This document shows, piece by piece, positions 1 through 12,836 of a stretch of DNA of 64,000 nucleotides. Below the pieces are notes generated by a model, which did no database searches, had not been told where the DNA came from, and worked only from the letters and a program-made list of their open reading frames with translations. This DNA comes from Lepidodermella squamata (taxonomy: Eukaryota; Animalia; Gastrotricha), in the NCBI GenBank assembly GCA_047495785.1, contig JBLDXI010000033.1:2604001-2668000 (forward strand). Direction: 5' to 3'. The translations under genes were made by a program, and so were the position numbers. The first letter of the stretch is position 1. Every line of letters begins with the position of its first letter.

Positions 1-3000
1 ATTACGACCGGCGGTACAGACTGAAGAGGCAAGGTCGAGAATTCGAATCAAGCTTGGCGGAGCGTCGGATCCAACCCTTTCCAGCTCCTTGTTCAACGAG
101 AAGACACATCGCACCACACTAAGGGTGATGTCGTAAAGCTGACCGCTATCACTGGTCTCAGCCGGATTTCCCAACGGCAAACTTTCCGTTATGGTGGTTA
201 AATTGAAAGTGGCGGTAGGTGGAAGCGGCGAGGCATTGCCATTGCTGCCTCTAGACGGCACTCCGGGCGCCGCTACTATCGGAACTATAAATTGCTTTCC
301 CTCCTGATATCTGTTAACTTGAGACTGCTGCTGCTGTTGCTGCTGCTGAGGTAATCTTGACGGTGTCTGATGGTGGGACATCAACGTTGAGAGAGGTGGC
401 CGAGAGTCTACCATGGTAACGCGAGACTGAGAGTTATTCGAATCCATACCGTTCAATGATGACATAATGCCGCCCTGGTTAGTTGCCATGGTCGCTAGCG
501 GTGGTGATAGTAGCGACGTCGAAGGTGGGGCGAGGGTAGCAACGGAATCCAACAGCCACAACGTTGCTTGTTCCAACGCCATAGTTGACGATGCAGATTT
601 GGGTGGCTGCTGAGGTTCAGAAATCGGCGGCTTCGGCGGAGCAGCTGGGTTAGCTTTCTGTTGGTACTTGTTTGCATTCAGCGCTTCCTCACGAATAGCG
701 AGTAAATGCGAAAAAATCTGATCACAGCCAGGCCGGTCGGCAGGCTGGTCAGCCCAACAAGACAGCATAAGCGAGTAGAGCGCCTGCGGGCATACCACCG
801 TTCCAGACGGTTCTGGCCGCGGCAAACGAGCTCCTACAGATAGCAATGTCGGATAATCAGCATTTCTCACATTTTGCCACGGTCTCGACCCGAAAGTTGC
901 AACTTCCCACAGGAATACACCCAGCATCCAGACGTCAGTGGCTCGCGAAAACTTCCGGAAATTCACCGACTCCGGGGCGAGCCACTTGACCGGCAGTCGC
1001 CCGCCAGTGGCCGTGTAAGTCTCGGCATCGGGTGGTAGGCGACGAGCTAAACCGAAATCCGCCAATTTCCCAAGCTCTCGCGAAAAAACGAGGACATTGC
1101 GTGCAGCAATATCGCGATGAACAAGTCGACGCGAGTGTAAGTAGGCCAGAGCTGATGCAGTTTGAGCACAAAACGTCAGTAAATCGACGATATTCAGTTG
1201 TAAATGCTCTCGCTCTTTCGTCAAAAAATCTCGTAATGGGCCTAATGGCGCCAATTCCGTTAAAATTAACAACGGATCCGTGGATGTGCTGACTCCAACC
1301 AGTGCTATTATGTAAGGATGAGCAAGTTGCCGGAAAAGACACGCTTCCTCTAGAAAATCACCCAGAGCATCGTCTGAGCCACTTTTGCACATCTTCACAG
1401 CTACTGCTATGCATTGGCCGTCCTTGCCGTTAGGTCGGTATCGGCCTTCAAAGACATCGCCAAATTGACCTTCCCCGATAAGGAGACCAATTTCGAGGCG
1501 GTTTCTGTCGATTTCAACATCGGGTTCGAAGAGCTCGATGTAGTCGTCGACGGGCGACGAATGCTTCCAGCCCACAGCATTTGATCGATTGATTTCCCTC
1601 ACGTTCTGACTTGTTTGCGAAGCTGAGCTGAATGCATTCGGCGATCGGCGCATTGTTGCATAGGATAGCACGTTATTCGTTGTTTGATCGTGCTGGCTCC
1701 GAGACGGCAGCATCGGTGAATCCAGAGGCGCGAAAGTCAACTGTGGAGGTGTAGAATCAGGCGTTCGATCACGTGCCAACCAAGCAGCAGTTCTGCTTCG
1801 AGTCAAAGCGTCGTCGATGTCCGGCTGGTGGCTGTTCGGCTCGTTCGTGATTTCGGAGTTCGTAGAATGCTCCGTTTGCGTATTCACAGTTTGAGTCTGA
1901 GCGTTAGTCCTTATAGAATTATTGCGCTGTGGGCCCCGTAGATCGGTATTGGAACGTGACCGCCCAAGGCTCCTGCAAACGAGGTACAGAAAAAAAATGA
2001 TTTTTTTCGTTGGTTTTTTTCATCACGGATGTTTGTTTTCCCGTCGCTCAATTTTTTTCCCCGCTTCCAAGTCGCGTTAGAGCAAATCAAGGAAGTTGGA
2101 CGTTTTTTACCCTTCCTTAATACAATACGATGTGTTTTTAACGAGCTGGAACCAGCGCTAAGAAAAACACTTAACGCCATGCGTAGTAACAGTAGGCGCA
2201 GCACAATAATAACAAAGATAGTGCAGTAGTGGAGTAGGAAACTAGCGGCTTTTCTCGCAATAAATCGCCTTGATTTATTTTTCGGTAACCCGCTGCGCAA
2301 ATTATACGCACAACAATGCGGGCTAATGTGTTTGGCTTGGCCACGATCGAGCACGCAGCTAACGTAAACAAATCACGAACCACGCACCGTTATCGGCCGC
2401 CGCTCGAGGCTCCAACGCCACCATTAAAAACGCGTGCAGACGTAGGATAATAAATAATGAGATAAATCTATGACGTATCGTATTGTAGAACAGCGCTGCC
2501 ACTACTTACACCTATTTGGTAGCGTATCGAGAGTAAGAACACTCTCTTAGAAAGCAGCGCCAGCGTAAAATAACCCATGCCAAGCGCACATGGCTAATGA
2601 TCAAGAAGGTGCCGCGCGCTGCCGATACCTAACCATGAATGAGTGAGTGAGTGACTCAGCGCAAGTAAGTGAATGAAAGTGTACCAGCCAGGGCGCTTCA
2701 GGCCTCGGATTGATTGCTTCGTGACCGGCTGCGGCGGCTTCTGGCCGGCCGGCGCTGGCAACGGCCGGAGAAGGTCATAGGCCTCGCCCTCTTCGTAATT
2801 GAAAGCACTGAAACGCGACGATGAGTACCAATTAGCCGCGTTCACCTGGTCTAGGCTCCAGTAATCCGAGTCATCAGTCGGCTGCTGCTGTTGCAAGGCA
2901 GCCAGCCTCGCCTTTTTCGCATCGCCAGCGATCACATTAAGGTATACATCGGAATGGTGCGGAAATTTCGGCGGTTCTTCGCACTTGCTCGCCGGCCGTG

Positions 3001-5221
3001 TTTTGTTGCGAGGCGGCAAGGCCGGCGCCGGGGAGACAATGCTAACCGAGCTGCTTTTGTACAGCGACGACGACCTGGGCAAGCACAGAATGCACGGTCC
3101 GCAGCAACACGACGTCAGCGACATGCGACGTGGCTAAGTATCGTCGGCCGTGGCGGAACAAAGGCCACGCGCGATTATCATGAGTCGTAAAATTGACAAA
3201 CAGCACGCGAAGGGACACGCGCTGTACGCTATGAAACGTTGCGAGAAAAACGGATAGCCTGCTTGGTAATCTTTAGAAAGCGAAAAATATCACGCGGTTG
3301 GAAAGAGAGGTGAATGAAACAACTATTAAATCGCGCAAAAGCAAACAAACACGAGATTTGTTGTACAGATAACCGCGAGCAGCAGTGCAGACAGCAATAT
3401 TGACTTGTTCTTCTCATTTTTGCTTCTTTTATTATTATTATTACTACCACCATCATTACGCTTTATACCTGCGCGGCTTCGATACTTCCGCCGGCAAATG
3501 ATACTCATCTTCTGCAAAGCGTTGGCTATCAACAGCCATGTTCTACACGCCTTCATTATCATTTCCTCGCCAAGATTTGGCATCGCCACAAGGAAGGAAG
3601 TATCAATAACTGACTCCGGTTGTTATGCCCACACTCATATCATGTAATTCAGGCGCAAAATGAAAATAACTGAGACTTACAGATTCACACCACCGGTCAC
3701 GTTGTGATTGCCGTGGCTACCGTTCCCAGTAGCACTTGCACCGCCGTTTTTAGGATGTTTACGTACAGTGGCAAATCCGCTGGTTACTGCGTCCGTGCGC
3801 ATACCAGTACTACCAGGCTGTCGGGCTGCAAAAGCATGATGTAAATGACGATATAACAACTTATTGACAAGTGGATATAAATTGATAAACATTAACGCGT
3901 AAATTGCTTTGTACCTTTTGAGGAGTGCGGCGCTTTGAAAGGTACAACCTCAAATGTAACGTCTTCATCGTCCAAGGCGGTGCTGCTGGATATTCCACTT
4001 GAAGCACTGGCCTGGTCACTTTTTGCCGCAGGATCTTTGCAAGGAGCAGGTAGAAGAGAACGATTTTCGCAGAAAAGACGGGTGTATCCATCTAGCAGCG
4101 ACACAATTGCACTAGCCTGCGCGGCATCACGGCACGATAAAGTTAATGAGTCACCGTCGAGCGTTTTGATTCTCAGCAGAGGACGAGAATCGTTCTTTCC
4201 AGCAGCCGGTAAAACTATTTCCGCTGAATCAAGTTGAGTGAACGGAGCAAGTTCGCAAATAGATCCCGTGGATCTGACGCAAGCCAACCTGAAGATTAAA
4301 GAAAGTAAAAACTAGCAATACTTTCGGGGTTAATTCATACCCGACAGAGGGCCCAATCCTTAAAGTAATTATTCTCTGAATTGATTGATCAGAACCATCG
4401 CTAGTTGACGACCCAAGAGTCAAATGACCAAAAGTTTCGTCCGTAAACACGTAATTGCGATTGAGAAGCTCGAGAAAACGCAGAGTACATTCTAGACAAA
4501 TAATCCGTAAATAGAAAATAAGGCAATTTAAACAAAAGTGCATACCATCGGCTGTGAGAGATGCGAATTGACGTAAATTGCTGCGTATCAATCGGCGGAA
4601 CGAGAGTTTGGCGGGCGAGTATCGAGTCAATAATATTTGCGGGAAAAAATGGGAAAATCCGACTTGTTTCTCCAAGTATCTCATATTAGCCTTGGAATAA
4701 ACAGCTTCAGGCGGACAGTCTCCCAAAACACGTCGCATTTGTAAGCATCCCAACTCCAGTAAGAGCACAGTGTCCGGTTGAGCGGATAAATCATTCGAAA
4801 TGCGATCACTCAGGCCGATGTAAACTTTGAAGACTTGTTCGAATAGTAAGCGCACAACTTGCTGCGATAATTCCGAAAGTTTGACGGGGAAAAACCTGAC
4901 ATGCACGTCGATTTTCAAGCGGACAGCTGGATCGCTTGTATGTGCATCTACCGCGTAAAATTTTGATACCAGCTCGTTCTTTTGAAGCCATTGTGTTTTT
5001 CCATTCGAAATAATGCACGCTGACAAATGCTTGCTGTCTGATCCATCGACACCTTTGCCGCAAAATTTGCGAGCAACTACGTCCAACAAATTCTGTAGCA
5101 AAGAAGTAGCCATTATTAAAAAACATTTTACAACAAAACTACCAACCTGAACTGTTGTCGACTCGTTGGTGCGCACTGTGGTGCACCAACCATTCGGTAG
5201 GCTAATCTCAACTACGCTCAT
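1..5221 (-). CDS. PTK2: Focal adhesion kinase (FAK/PYK2 family): FERM - linker - Tyr kinase - Pro-rich - FAT; 3' end beyond the window edge
   Basis: FERM-like exons from ATG 5221 to ~3915 (VRFFP, LELGCLQMRR, LLDGY); small exon ~3825-3681; large exon 1972->1, absent from the ORF track because it has no stop in the window. It reads DDYIEL (Y397-like), IGEGQFGDV, VAVKMCK, HRDIAARN, DFGLAR, LPVKWLAPES, DVWMLG, PPKPP and a FAT-like helix GQLYDITLSVVRCVFSL. Splice phases are consistent (CT|gtaagt at 3680 -> cag|G at 1972). Confidence 0.92.
2685..3124 (-). other. Candidate alternative (first or cassette) exon of the FAK gene
   Basis: Open frame MSLTSCCCGPC... ends at phase-2 donor TG|gtac (2685), which joins the kinase exon at 1972 in frame. 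There is also an internal phase-2 acceptor cccag|G at 3074. Confidence 0.55.
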
Positions 5222-8200
5222 TCATGATACTCAAGTTTCATTTAATGGCGATGCTAAAAAGAAAAGTTTGATATAGATCGAGGGATATGAGAGGTACCAA
5301 AGAGTCATCAGCAATAACACAGCATTAATGCTAGGACAGGGAAATTTCTCCCTAGATGACACAAGATTAGACATGTAACCTGGAGTAAATGTGGGTACTG
5401 TCAGAAAGTTAAGTAGATCGTCCCAGTAGTGGACAAGTAAATCCCTCACATAATTAAATATTGAATTTAAAGAAGCGCTTACGTTTCGTTTGCTGCAACC
5501 AAGTGTCAGGTTAGTAAAATTAAGATTTGAAAACAGTAAATATCGACATGGATGAGATTAGGGCTCTCGCATTAAACGTTATTATACTGAACCAGGTCAC
5601 GGTAATAGACCGTTTTATTCATTGGATGGCGATTGGATGAATTCTATTACGTTACGAGAAACCGGAGAGTAACAAACAGGTGATCAGAGACATACCTTTC
5701 TATTTCGTCCAAACGATGAATGAACGCGGCATTTTTAGCGGTGAATCAAAGGCCCACAAAATCCTGACTTTTATTTTATAATTGTCTGCGCTGCTCTGAA
5801 CATTTGCTTAAAATTAAGATTGATAAGTTTTTTTATGATTTGTATATTTGTGACCTTGACGTTTTCTCATTTGTCCGCGAAATTCAAATTTTGTTGTTAG
5901 CTTTCTCCGCCGAAATCCGAAACTTGCAAGTTCCTCAGAGGCCAGCTTGGCTAAGCGTCACTACAGAAAAAGAATTTGTCTTCGACCAAGAAGGGGTAAC
6001 TTGTCCCCTTTCCTCTGCGCTTTCGTCAGCGTCCGTTGGATGGAAGACCGCTCAAGCAGCGAATCTGACGTAGAACTAAACATACTGACGTACGCCATCC
6101 ATCAAACGACAAATCGCGGTTTTAGATGGATTTATTAGCCCACCAGCCACCAAACGATGTAATAAGGGATAATTTTGCGATTTGGCGATTATAACCCGAC
6201 CAAACGCACGACGGTGTTGTACACGGGTGGATGGCACGACTAGTTATGGGGTTTCATCATTTTACCACGCCCGTTGACCCCTTGGGATTGATGACTGGTG
6301 ACTGGTTGACCGACATCAATATATGCCGTTATTCATTCTTATAAAACAACCGTTTTTTCCATGTGATTGACTAATCATAGTTATCACTATAATCATCAGA
6401 TAGGGATGATATTGCTTGACCAATTGGACGTGTTGGTTTTTCGCTCCATTATTTGTTCCATAGCGTTCTAGCTTTATTTTGACCTGAAAGTCACACTGAG
6501 GAGCCAAATCACGGTTCCACGGCGCTGTCGAGTCAATCAATATCGTGTAGTAAGATTGAGTTAATGGCAATCATTTGCATGAGAGGAAGTCAGAGCTGAA
6601 AGCTGAATTCGATCTACTTGTGAGCGCCCACAGTTGCTCTTTGTCACCAGTTGCTCAGCAATTTGTCGACTTACCTGACGTATTAATATCGAGATGGCTT
6701 CTCAAAAAACTTGAATAGGTTCCTGGTTCCTAGTGCCGTGAAAGCAAGACGATTGCTTTAAAACCATCGAAAACTGATTCGATCGGAGGTTGGGTCCAAA
6801 TATTTCCACCACCAGAATTGGTATGCCACCACCGAATTTTGAGATTTTCCTAAATTACGCCCTACAGGATCCTGGGAGTTTCTATTTTAACTAACTCATA
6901 TCCTAACAGTATAAAAGTGAAAATGGTCAATTTGACTTCGGAAACATCGCTGATTTATAATATGATGCGGAATCGATATGAGCTCTTCACGCTGAATAAT
7001 AACTCGTAAAATGACCGTTGGAACGCGAATTAGGGAGATCTATCGGTTGTGCACGATCATTAAAATTGGATTCAAATGATGGAAACCCAAAAACCCATAT
7101 TATCATAAAATATAGGGATTAGGCCTTGAACCTATTGCAGGAAATGTTCAGAAGTTGGCGATGCAGCCATTGGTATAACTAGGTTTGAAAGTTTAGGGAG
7201 ATATGGAGAATATGCTGCACTCATTAGGTCGCACGCGCTTTTGTTTTACCAATAATGGACAATAAATGCAGCGGAGCTCTCTGGTGTGCGTTACAGAAGC
7301 GCCGACATGCTGATGTAATTTCGATTACCTATTCATATTAGAAGTCTGACACTCAAAATTGAAACCGTCACGTTGTATACGGATCACGTCGATGCTAGCT
7401 ATCATTTTCAGCTTATATGTTTGCTTTTCCTGGTCGACTTGGCCTAATATGCTGAGCAAAAGTTGGTCAAATTCTAGCTGCGATTGTTTTTATTGTTCTT
7501 ATTTTTAAAAAGCTATAATTATACTTATAATGGTCGGTAGAACAAAATTTCTGCCGCTCTACTCATTCTCTGGTGTCTCTAGTGTGTTAGAGAACAATTT
7601 CTAAAGTCATAGAAAAGAGAAAAAGTTCTGGCGGTGTTTCATATGCCAACTTTCCACCTGAACTAGAAGTGAAAATCCGCGCCCGTTCGACTTCTTCACA
7701 GCTACATTTTAGGCCTTGATGATGAAATATCGTGTGTTTCTCAGATCATGAACCTCAAACTATCAAAAATTTGGATAGAGCCGAGCTGGAAGGCGAAAGC
7801 AAATATTTTTATTACTGCGTTTTTTAATGCGCCATATTTCATTAGATCTGTAAAATAACATTGCGCAGTTTTCTGGAGAAGTGGATCAATTTTATTTCTT
7901 TATTTTAATTTATTTTTAATAGGCACATGGGCAGCTAGGCGAAGTATTTTATTAAAATTTTGTTTGTAATCGATATTGAATTTCTAGCAATTATACTAAC
8001 TAGTAAGTGCAGCAAACTGCGCGCCTGCTCTGAACTGCGCTGTTGTTGACTTTCGCTTGCGGACAGGTGTAGAAAATGGATATGTTTTGATTTTTATAGA
8101 TAAGAACATGATTTTTTTAATACAAAACTTCACTTTTTCGTAATTTGATCTGCGTTTATCACATGTGCTGTCTGAAAAATTGAACGCGTTGGCTGCTCGA

Positions 8201-11173
8201 ACGAAGGAATTATTACTTTTAAAAACCCAGCTGCAGTTGATCAATAAATTTAGTTTGAATATTATTATTTTTATAAATAATGCAGCACTGAGTGCTAACA
8301 CTTTCTCGGATTAGTTATTATTCGTTTGTCATCATCAGCTTACAGTTTACGGAGGTGCAAGCAGCTTTTACGAGATGGGTATTTTAATTTATAGGAAATA
8401 GACAATAGGCTAATGTCATATAATATCTACGTATTATCGAATGCTCTACTAAGAATTGCTATCAATTATTTAAGAATCAATGAAAGATCAATTCAGAAAC
8501 ATTCGAATATTTTTTTTTAATTTTACGCTTTTGCTCGCGCTATTATTATGGGCTAAAGTTCAACTCCTCGCTCAGCTCTCGGGCGAGGGAGACGTGTAAA
8601 AGTATAATAGCAAATGCCCTCATGGCACTGCCTGTTTTATGGTAGTTGCTAATAGAAAATGGTAGTCAAGCGCTCTCTTAACAGTAATAATTTATCTGAG
8701 CTTTGCGCCTCGTTTTATTCATTATGACGATTGTCACTATTTATTTATTTATAATTGGCATGAAAATCGTTATACACCGTCGCTTATCACCGATACGGTG
8801 TGCATTGTAAATATAATACACGGGCGCTCGAATTGCCGCCGTGAATTCGTAATACGAGTCTTGTTCTTACACTAAAATTTCGGGCTATATTTTATACGAA
8901 AACGTAAAAATGATAAATTTTCTATTCCAATAGTCTGTTTATAGTGCTGATATAGCTGAGCTGCTTTTTAGGTGCGGCTATTTATCAGTGTGCACACCCG
9001 ATATATTGTTTCACAGCACGGAATAACTAATAATGTATTATTATTTTTACTAAAAGTACGCTTTATACCATCGATAAAATATGATTGTGAAGATGATGAC
9101 AACCATGCATCGGCAATGACGACGAAAGAACCACGCTTAATAATAATAACAATAAAAATAATGGCGACAGTTTTGTCTCTTTTCTAAAACATTCGTTACC
9201 AGCTGAAGTATTACCTCGCCTCATTCTTTTGACGCGTTCGCTCACTGCTTCCTCTTTACATAATAAAATTATTTTATCGGAGTTTTTTATGGCAATTACC
9301 TATACCAATACATATATATGGAGACGAGATACTTTACGATTACTTGGCATTATGCAAAACAATAACAATTTGCACCTTTATTATTAAGAGAGACTAAATG
9401 GTCAAATTGATGTTTTCTCCTTTAGCAAGGTTTCGTGCTCACTCGCTTTCGCTAGCTTTTCATTATTTTGCCTCGGTTTATCAATTTGCTATTACCCTTT
9501 TCTCTTGTTATTATTATTTTTTATGACATATCGCATTTGATATCGCGTCGATTTTATTAACAGTTCTGCCTCACGGGAGAAAATATATGTGTAATTATGA
9601 TAATATTTTTTATTGCTCGGTTTTACGAATATAGCCATTTTATTTTATAATATTATTGCTTCTACTAAAATTGCGCAATGTTACGTATTCAAAAGCCTCG
9701 ACTGACTTACACATCATGCGGAATAAATTCAGTATTATTTTGATATCGTATCAAGTGAAAAGCGATAGTTTCACCTGTTATAGATTGAGACTTCTCATTG
9801 TAAAATTTAGTATTTCCTTTTACATTTTTTAATGTTGAAAGACTCCTTAATTGGCACTTTTCACTTAGCATGGTTAACAGCATTTAATGTAATCATGCGA
9901 ATTTTTAATATAATTTTCCTATCTTTCATTTTCAAAAACCGCAGTTGTTGTGCTTGTGGCGCTCATTTATTAATGTATAACGTTTTATTAATAACGTTTA
10001 TTAGACCGAATATCTCGAACTTGAGCATATGCTCTCATATAATCATCTTATTATTAAAAATGCTTCTCCATTTATAAATTATTTTTAATCATAAGCTTAG
10101 TTGAACATGGGCACTCATTATATTTGGCGGGCAAGTTACGTTTTAGTTTCAGGGTGTCTCATTAGTTTTTATTATTAGACGCAATCCATTCGGCATCCAT
10201 TGAGCAATGGATTATGGATTATTATGTATTAATTTGGTTAGAAAGTGAGTGCCTCATTTCTTAGTGCCGCTAGGCTCAAAGCGCGCCTCTCGAAACAACG
10301 CAATGACACAGGGCTAACGTGGTGAACACGGCGGCCACCTCACGGATAAATAGTAGGAATAATAATAACTGTAATAATAATAATAATGGCGACTGAAATA
10401 TTTATCTATCAGGCACACTGCATATTTCATAAGGTTTTACATCAATAAACGTGCACCCATAACCTTTTATTTTTATTAGCTTTATTAGCCCCATATTTAT
10501 CTTCTAATATTATCCGTCTTGTATTTACGCGCACGGTTCATGTGAATTTATTAGAATTTATTTGGAAATATTGCTGCTGAGCGCGGCCGCATGACAAATG
10601 CGCAGGTAGATATGTTTGCGTTTCGGCTTGTTCACGTATTCACTGTAAATTGTAAATTATTGTAAAAGTGCGCGCGTTCACTCAACACAAAAGTTCAATT
10701 ATTTCGTAACGAAAACATCGACAGCGATAAAGCAGGCGGAGCGAGAGCGCAGAGACAGCCGGCGCACGTGTGAGAACGCGAGCATCTCTCTTTCTATCGC
10801 ACATTATTATTCTAATTTGTTTTGTCTAATTTCGCACAGCTCTGTTTGTGTACGCATTAGAGTTATCATAGCCTGCGAATACGCAAATCGTGCGTTTTAA
10901 TAATTTTAATTTATTAAATTTTTGAATTTCACATACACGATTGTATTATCTATTGCGCCGTGTCACATCATCATCATCATAATCACATTTTAATTCGGCG
11001 TTTTCTTTCCGTCGCATTTAGGCGCATTTATTCAACATATACTGCGAGATTAACTTCATCATCAATTTTTCCTGTTGCTGTCGATTTACCTCACGCACCC
11101 GTTTCGTCCATAATCAGTAAAAATAATCAGCACATCAGTCAACACTGCTATTTTCGCATGTCTTGCTGATTGA

Positions 11174-12836
11174 ATGAGCCTGCTGCCAGCTATGTTCAGT
11201 GTCGAACAAGTTGAATTTGTTCGCCGGTGCCGCAGCTCGGGCTTGACGCGAGACCAGGTCCTTGCTATCTGGGAGCGCCTCGACCGTATCGATGCCGAGT
11301 TCGGCGCCGCCCAATCTCAGGCGTTGGCCGCGCCGTCGTTTCCGGCCGCGCCAAACACGGCCACAAACTCGCCGCAGATCTCGCGTGAATTCATGCAGTT
11401 GCTGCAACAGGAGCGAAACCAGCAAGCCAACGCGCTTATGATGATTCAAATGCAGCAATTGCTGTCGACTGCAAACGGCTCGAAACCGGCCAATCTGTCA
11501 CAGAAAACCGCGCCTCATCCGCTGAACAGCGATTCTGCGGAGAATGCCGAGGCTAAGCTGCCACTTGCCGACGCTGCACACCTCGAAATGAAGCCAGAAC
11601 TCGCGGAACCCGCAGCGGCACACCAGGCCGCCGATTCTGTGCCGATGCGGCTCGTCGAAGAGGGCGATCCTGATCTGGTGGATTTTCTGCGGAAGAACAA
11701 CGAGCCAGCTATCTGCGAGCAAATTCGGCAATTCATCGCGCTAAATGGCATCAAACAGCACCAAGTCGCTGTTCTAGTCGGCACATCGCAGTCTTACATC
11801 TCTAAGTATCTGAAAGCTGATTATCTCGAAATGTCGGAACGCTCTAGGCGAAATATCTATCGTTGGTACGTCACATATCGAAACCAGCCAGCTCGTGCAA
11901 GTAAGTTTGCTGATAAATTTATTTAAGGGAGCCTCAAATTGATCGATTAAATTAACGATAATTTTCTATTTTTTCGTAGTTACGGATGCGTGCGCCGTGA
12001 TCGCGAACCCGCACCTGCAACATCCTCTCAACTCATCGCTGCCTTTGACCGTTCCGTTATCGGTGAACAGCAACAACAACGGGTTGCCGCTGTATCCCGT
12101 CAACGGCGCAAGCGATACTCAAAACCCGGCCGCTGTGTCGCCTAACCAGTGCAATAATGCCCCGGGCTCGCCTCGCTCCACCTCTTCGTCATCTGGAGGC
12201 AACCATCACAACGCCGCCAACTCGACCCCAGCCGCTAACCACTGGTCATCATCATCTCACCACAGTAATCATCACCTGTCGTCGTCGACCCACCGTCGTT
12301 TTCGATTCACGTTTCGCGCGCAACAACTGGCGATACTCGAGCGGGCCTTCAGCGAGGACACCTACCCGACGGTTGAGCGGCGAGAAGAACTCGCGCGGCA
12401 GCTCTCTGTTGGGCTCGACAGTGACCAAGCTGTCAGCCTCTTTACCGTCACAAACTGGTTTGCGAATCGCCGCAAGGAAGCGAAACGTGCCGCGGTCGAG
12501 GAGGGCCTCAATGTCGAAGAGCTGGGCATGAAGCGCGGTCGCGGCAGGCCTTCGATTTTACACCGAATGGCCAGTGCACAACTGCGTGAGACCCGGCAAA
12601 GTGCTGCGAATCTCGGAGGCGAACCTCTCCCGAACAACTCATCGGGTGAGACGTGCGCGAAACGTGCGAAAAACGACGACGGCACGGCGGGTTCTGAGTG
12701 CGGCGGTGACGACTGTGAGTCAGTTTCCACAGCAGCAGGCGATGCGCCCGACGACTTGTCATCGTCCTCTGTTGGTTATCGCCAAAGCACGGCTGATCTA
12801 GCGGTTTTTCCTACTCCTGAACTGATTGCCGGTTGA
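11174..12836 (+). CDS. HMBOX1: HNF1-class homeobox transcription factor, HMBOX1-like (exons 11174-11900, 11980-12836)
   Basis: N-terminal FSVEQVEFVRRCRSSGLTRDQV (HMBOX1-type N-terminal motif); POU-specific-like domain IKQHQVAVLVGTSQSYISKYL...IYRWY; atypical homeodomain RFRFTF...YPTVERREELA...NWFANRRKE with a helix2-3 insertion; phase-1 GT-AG intron 11901-11979. Confidence 0.8.

Noticed and set aside
495-1342. ORFs 495-677, 935-1342 and 1032-1292
   Set aside because: Alternate-frame or antisense shadows of the FAK kinase exon.
4229-5221. A single 330-aa ORF for the FERM region
   Set aside because: It reads through two stop-free 54-nt introns (5093-5146, 4492-4545) and into a third; an artefact of short introns with no evidence of regulated retention.
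5300-11100. Short ORFs in the FAK-HMBOX1 intergenic region, and a possible transposon at ~6800-7650
   Set aside because: AT-rich with no recognisable domains; the inverted-repeat match was too weak to call.
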